This document shows, piece after piece, positions 61,022 to 64,000 of a stretch of DNA of 64,000 nucleotides; position 1 is the first letter of the stretch, and every line of letters begins with the position of its first letter. The translations under genes and the position numbers were made by a program. This stretch comes from Methanocaldococcus indicus (lineage in GTDB: Archaea > AGJL01 > Methanococci > Methanococcales > Methanocaldococcaceae), in assembly GCF_049554935.1 (NCBI RefSeq), contig NZ_CP186926.1:1152001-1216000 (forward strand), in the 5' to 3' direction. Under the pieces are notes generated by a model. It had not been told where the DNA came from. It saw nothing but the letters and a program-made list of their open reading frames with translations, and made no database searches.

Positions 61022-61648
61022 TTGGAGATTATGATGACATTCTTAGAGATATTAGGGCTTATAACCTTAATTTTTATTATAATTCTACTATTTTCTTTAA
61101 TACTAATATTAATAATTGGATTTATTTTGATTAAAAAGAAAAAGTTAATATTACCTGAATTAGCTCTTTATATATTTGATACACTCTATTCCTTTATTTT
61201 GAAAATTTTTCTATATTTTGGTTCAGAAGATACATTTTATCATATTGGAGTTGAATTTTATAATAAATACTATGAAGAGAAATATAAACAAACTAAAAAA
61301 AGGATATTAATTTTACCTCATTGTTTAAGAGCACAAAATTGTCCTGCTAAATTGAATAGTAATGGAATTGATTGCATAATGTGTGGAAAATGTAGTATTT
61401 CAACAATTTATAAAGTAGCTATTGAGAAAGGTTATAAAGTTTATATAATTCCTGGCTCAACATTTGTTAAAAGAATTATTAAGTTAGAAAAGCCTGAGGC
61501 AGTTTTTGGAGTAGCTTGTAATAGAGACCTATTTTTTGGAATGAATATGCTATCAAGGAAAAAAATAATTCCTCAAGGACAACCATTATTAAAAGATGGA
61601 TGCATAAATACTATTGTAGATGTAGATGAATTAATTAGGAGATTATAG
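61022..61648 (+). CDS. DUF116 family membrane-anchored protein
   Basis: LPHCLR..CPA, CIMCGKC, IIPGS, GVAC and GCINT motifs. Confidence 0.8.
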   Translation: MEIMMTFLEILGLITLIFIIILLFSLILILIIGFILIKKKKLILPELALYIFDTLYSFILKIFLYFGSEDTFYHIGVEFYNKYYEEKYKQTKKRILILPHCLRAQNCPAKLNSNGIDCIMCGKCSISTIYKVAIEKGYKVYIIPGSTFVKRIIKLEKPEAVFGVACNRDLFFGMNMLSRKKIIPQGQPLLKDGCINTIVDVDELIRRL

Positions 61649-63262
61649 TTCTCTATAATCTATCAACTCTTCATATCTTACTACTTCTTTCATAGCTTTG
61701 ATTTCTATTGGAATTTCATGCTCATTTAACCAAGATAATGGATTTATTCCCCCTAAATATACAATTCCAAACATATCCTTTCCAACATTTATTCCATATA
61801 GTTCATTGTTTGGCTCACCTATATCTAAAACTCCATTCCATTTTAGTTTTTTTAATACAAAATCTAATTTTTCTCTTGAAATTCTGTGAGTTTCTCTAAA
61901 TCCTGCTAAGAATGTTGTTTCACAATCCACCATATTGAAGAATATTTCATGAGGGTCTAAGGATGAGCCAGAGTATCCAATTATGTTTATAAATCTCTTT
62001 TTATCTTCTAAACATTCAATAACTCCTCCATACTTTGGGAGGATTGGTATAGAGTTGTTAATAAAAATTCCATCCAAAGTTAGAGCACATATAGTATATA
62101 TTTTTAATTTATCTTTCTCTTCAACAACTTTTAATCTATCTCCTATGCCTAAATTCTTCTTATATGCTTCTTTTAACAACTCCAAAACATCATTGTAATA
62201 TTTTTTATCAGTGTATCCTACATTTGCAATTACATTTCCAACATCTTCATCAATATCAAAATCTACCTTTGTTATTAAATTTAACATCTTAGATAGTGAG
62301 TTTTTAATCCTTATTTTTGATTTTTTATTTATAATTTCCCTATTTTCTTTTTTAAATTTAGTTAAAGATTCTAATCTTACAATTGATGACATAGGAACTA
62401 TTTCATAGTAGTAACCCATTTCAATAAATGGAGCTATTGGTGTTAATCCTCCTATTAATGCAATTCCTATATAGTCATTTCCAATATCTAAACCTAAAAC
62501 ATTCTCTTCACCATAGCTAATAACACATTTCAAATCTTCTAATTTTAAAATCTCCTCAAATTTAGGTAAATACTCTTTGGCTATTACTCTAAAATTGGCT
62601 GGAACATATCCTTCTCCATTTTCAATAACTCCTAAAACATCTGTTTCTTTCTTTTCTAAAAATGCCAATAGTGGGTCGATAGATGTTGATTTATATTCAA
62701 TAATCTCCTTAAATTCAACTGGCTGATTATCTTCAAATTTAACAATTCCTCCACATATATGGATAGGCATAATTCCATTTTGTAAGAGAATATTATCAAA
62801 ATTTAATGAGCATAAAGTTAATATTTCAGAGTAATTACCTCTATCAATTAATCCAACTCTATTTCCAACAACTAATCCAGCTGAGAATACTTTCCTTATT
62901 GTTTCAACAGCAACATCAAAATCAGCATATATCTTAGCTCTATTTATAACAACATATCCAAATCTATAATTTGATGATATAGTCTTTTCTAAGATATTTG
63001 AGTAAATACTTCCTAATCTATAACTAATATTTGCTTTTTCTAACTCCTCTAAACCTTTTTCAGTTATAATTCTCCCAGAATAGCCCAATTTTTTTGTTAA
63101 TCCTAAGCTATCTAAAATTTTTAAGTGATATCTAACAGCTCTTTCTCCAATCTTATAACCTTTTTTGTTTAGTTCTCTTGCAATGACTTTGGCTCCAACA
63201 GGTTCTTTTGAATTAGCCAATATCTCTAAAATCTCTATTAATTTTCTATCCAAATCAGGCAT
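61643..63262 (-). CDS. nrpR: Global nitrogen repressor NrpR
   Basis: wHTH GAKVIA..IGERAVRYHL plus two NRD domains (TSIDP / SSLDP, GGLTP / GGINP). Confidence 0.92.
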   Translation of the reverse strand: MPDLDRKLIEILEILANSKEPVGAKVIARELNKKGYKIGERAVRYHLKILDSLGLTKKLGYSGRIITEKGLEELEKANISYRLGSIYSNILEKTISSNYRFGYVVINRAKIYADFDVAVETIRKVFSAGLVVGNRVGLIDRGNYSEILTLCSLNFDNILLQNGIMPIHICGGIVKFEDNQPVEFKEIIEYKSTSIDPLLAFLEKKETDVLGVIENGEGYVPANFRVIAKEYLPKFEEILKLEDLKCVISYGEENVLGLDIGNDYIGIALIGGLTPIAPFIEMGYYYEIVPMSSIVRLESLTKFKKENREIINKKSKIRIKNSLSKMLNLITKVDFDIDEDVGNVIANVGYTDKKYYNDVLELLKEAYKKNLGIGDRLKVVEEKDKLKIYTICALTLDGIFINNSIPILPKYGGVIECLEDKKRFINIIGYSGSSLDPHEIFFNMVDCETTFLAGFRETHRISREKLDFVLKKLKWNGVLDIGEPNNELYGINVGKDMFGIVYLGGINPLSWLNEHEIPIEIKAMKEVVRYEELIDYREL

Positions 63263-63282
63263 ATTATATACACCATTAAATT

Positions 63283-64000
63283 TTATTTAACAAATTTTTT
63301 CCAATCTTTTTTAATATATATATTTCCTCCTTGATATTCTCCATAATCCATATTATAATTTTCTTCTAAATCTCCCTCTAACTCTAAATAAATCATTTTT
63401 AACTCATTTATTGTTTCATCATCAGCTTTCCATAAACCTCTTTGATATGCCTCTAACAATCTTCTGCTGATTTCTTCTAAAGCATATATGTTATTTTCTT
63501 TGAAAAATTCTCTGTTTTCTTTGTTTTTTATGAATGTATTAAATATCTCATCATATATCCATTTATCAACTTCTTTTGTTGTAGCACTCCATCCATACAA
63601 CCTACCAATTCTTTTGGCAATATCTCCAGCCCCTTTATAACCATGTCTTTTCATTCCTTCTATCCACTTAGGATTTAATAGTTTAGATAATGTAACTCTT
63701 TCTATTTCTTCCTTTAAAGTTCTGATTTCTACATTGTTTAATTTTCTTGTATCTCCATAATAAACTTTTATATCTTCCCTTTTTAGAGTTTTTACAGCAT
63801 TTGTTAGTCCTCCATGAGTTCCAAAGTAACAACAACATCCTAATAAGTCATACTCATCAGTTACTACTTTATTAAATGATATATCAACACTTTTCAAAAT
63901 TTCTTTAAATGCTCTATCTGCCTTTTTCCCATAAACTCCTTTACCATAGGCATAAGAATTCCAATAAATAAATACATCTTTTAAATCTTCTTCATTCTCC
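63283..64000 (-). CDS. cobN: Cobaltochelatase CobN, C-terminal part (runs off the window)
   Basis: Frame is open to the window edge; LLNPKWIEGMKRHGYKGA, GWSATT and RLLEAYQRGLW motifs. Confidence 0.88.
   Translation of the reverse strand, partial: ENEEDLKDVFIYWNSYAYGKGVYGKKADRAFKEILKSVDISFNKVVTDEYDLLGCCCYFGTHGGLTNAVKTLKREDIKVYYGDTRKLNNVEIRTLKEEIERVTLSKLLNPKWIEGMKRHGYKGAGDIAKRIGRLYGWSATTKEVDKWIYDEIFNTFIKNKENREFFKENNIYALEEISRRLLEAYQRGLWKADDETINELKMIYLELEGDLEENYNMDYGEYQGGNIYIKKDWKKFVK

Noticed and set aside
1-64000. CRISPR arrays, tRNA or rRNA genes
   Set aside because: No regularly spaced repeats or extended GC-rich structured RNA segments were seen by eye. Small ncRNAs could have been missed.

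Overview
Very AT-rich archaeal DNA from a hyperthermophilic Methanococcales methanogen (Methanocaldococcus-like, judged from protein similarity). Bases 1-38 kb form a cell-surface glycosylation island. It holds many GT2/GT4 enzymes, two large multi-pass GT-C-like proteins, a PGF-pre-PGF surface protein, a B12-binding radical SAM enzyme, ugd and wecC. It also carries a complete ADP-L-glycero-D-manno-heptose pathway with three GT9 transferases, and a PAPS module (sat, DHH phosphatase, cysC, TauE) next to a sulfotransferase. The island has been reworked by four IS6 copies, one orphan IS6 end and a degenerate IS982. Two sister IS6 copies share a split 9-bp target duplication, which indicates an inversion of about 17.4 kb that separated gmhA from the rest of the heptose operon. 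Bases 38-64 kb are core genes: dapB, MATE, rpoL, GAPOR, earA, korDABC, Clp1, acsB/cdhC, selD, purP, a split glutamate synthase, nrpR and cobN. The most striking signal is in selD, a selenoprotein gene (UGA at codon 12, canonical archaeal SECIS in the 3' UTR). Its mRNA has a perfect 17-nt GC-rich complementarity between the coding sequence 11 nt after the Sec UGA and the stop codon/3' UTR about 1 kb away. This is a candidate long-range helix that would loop the SECIS back to the UGA. All assignments come from motif recognition by eye; no searches were run.
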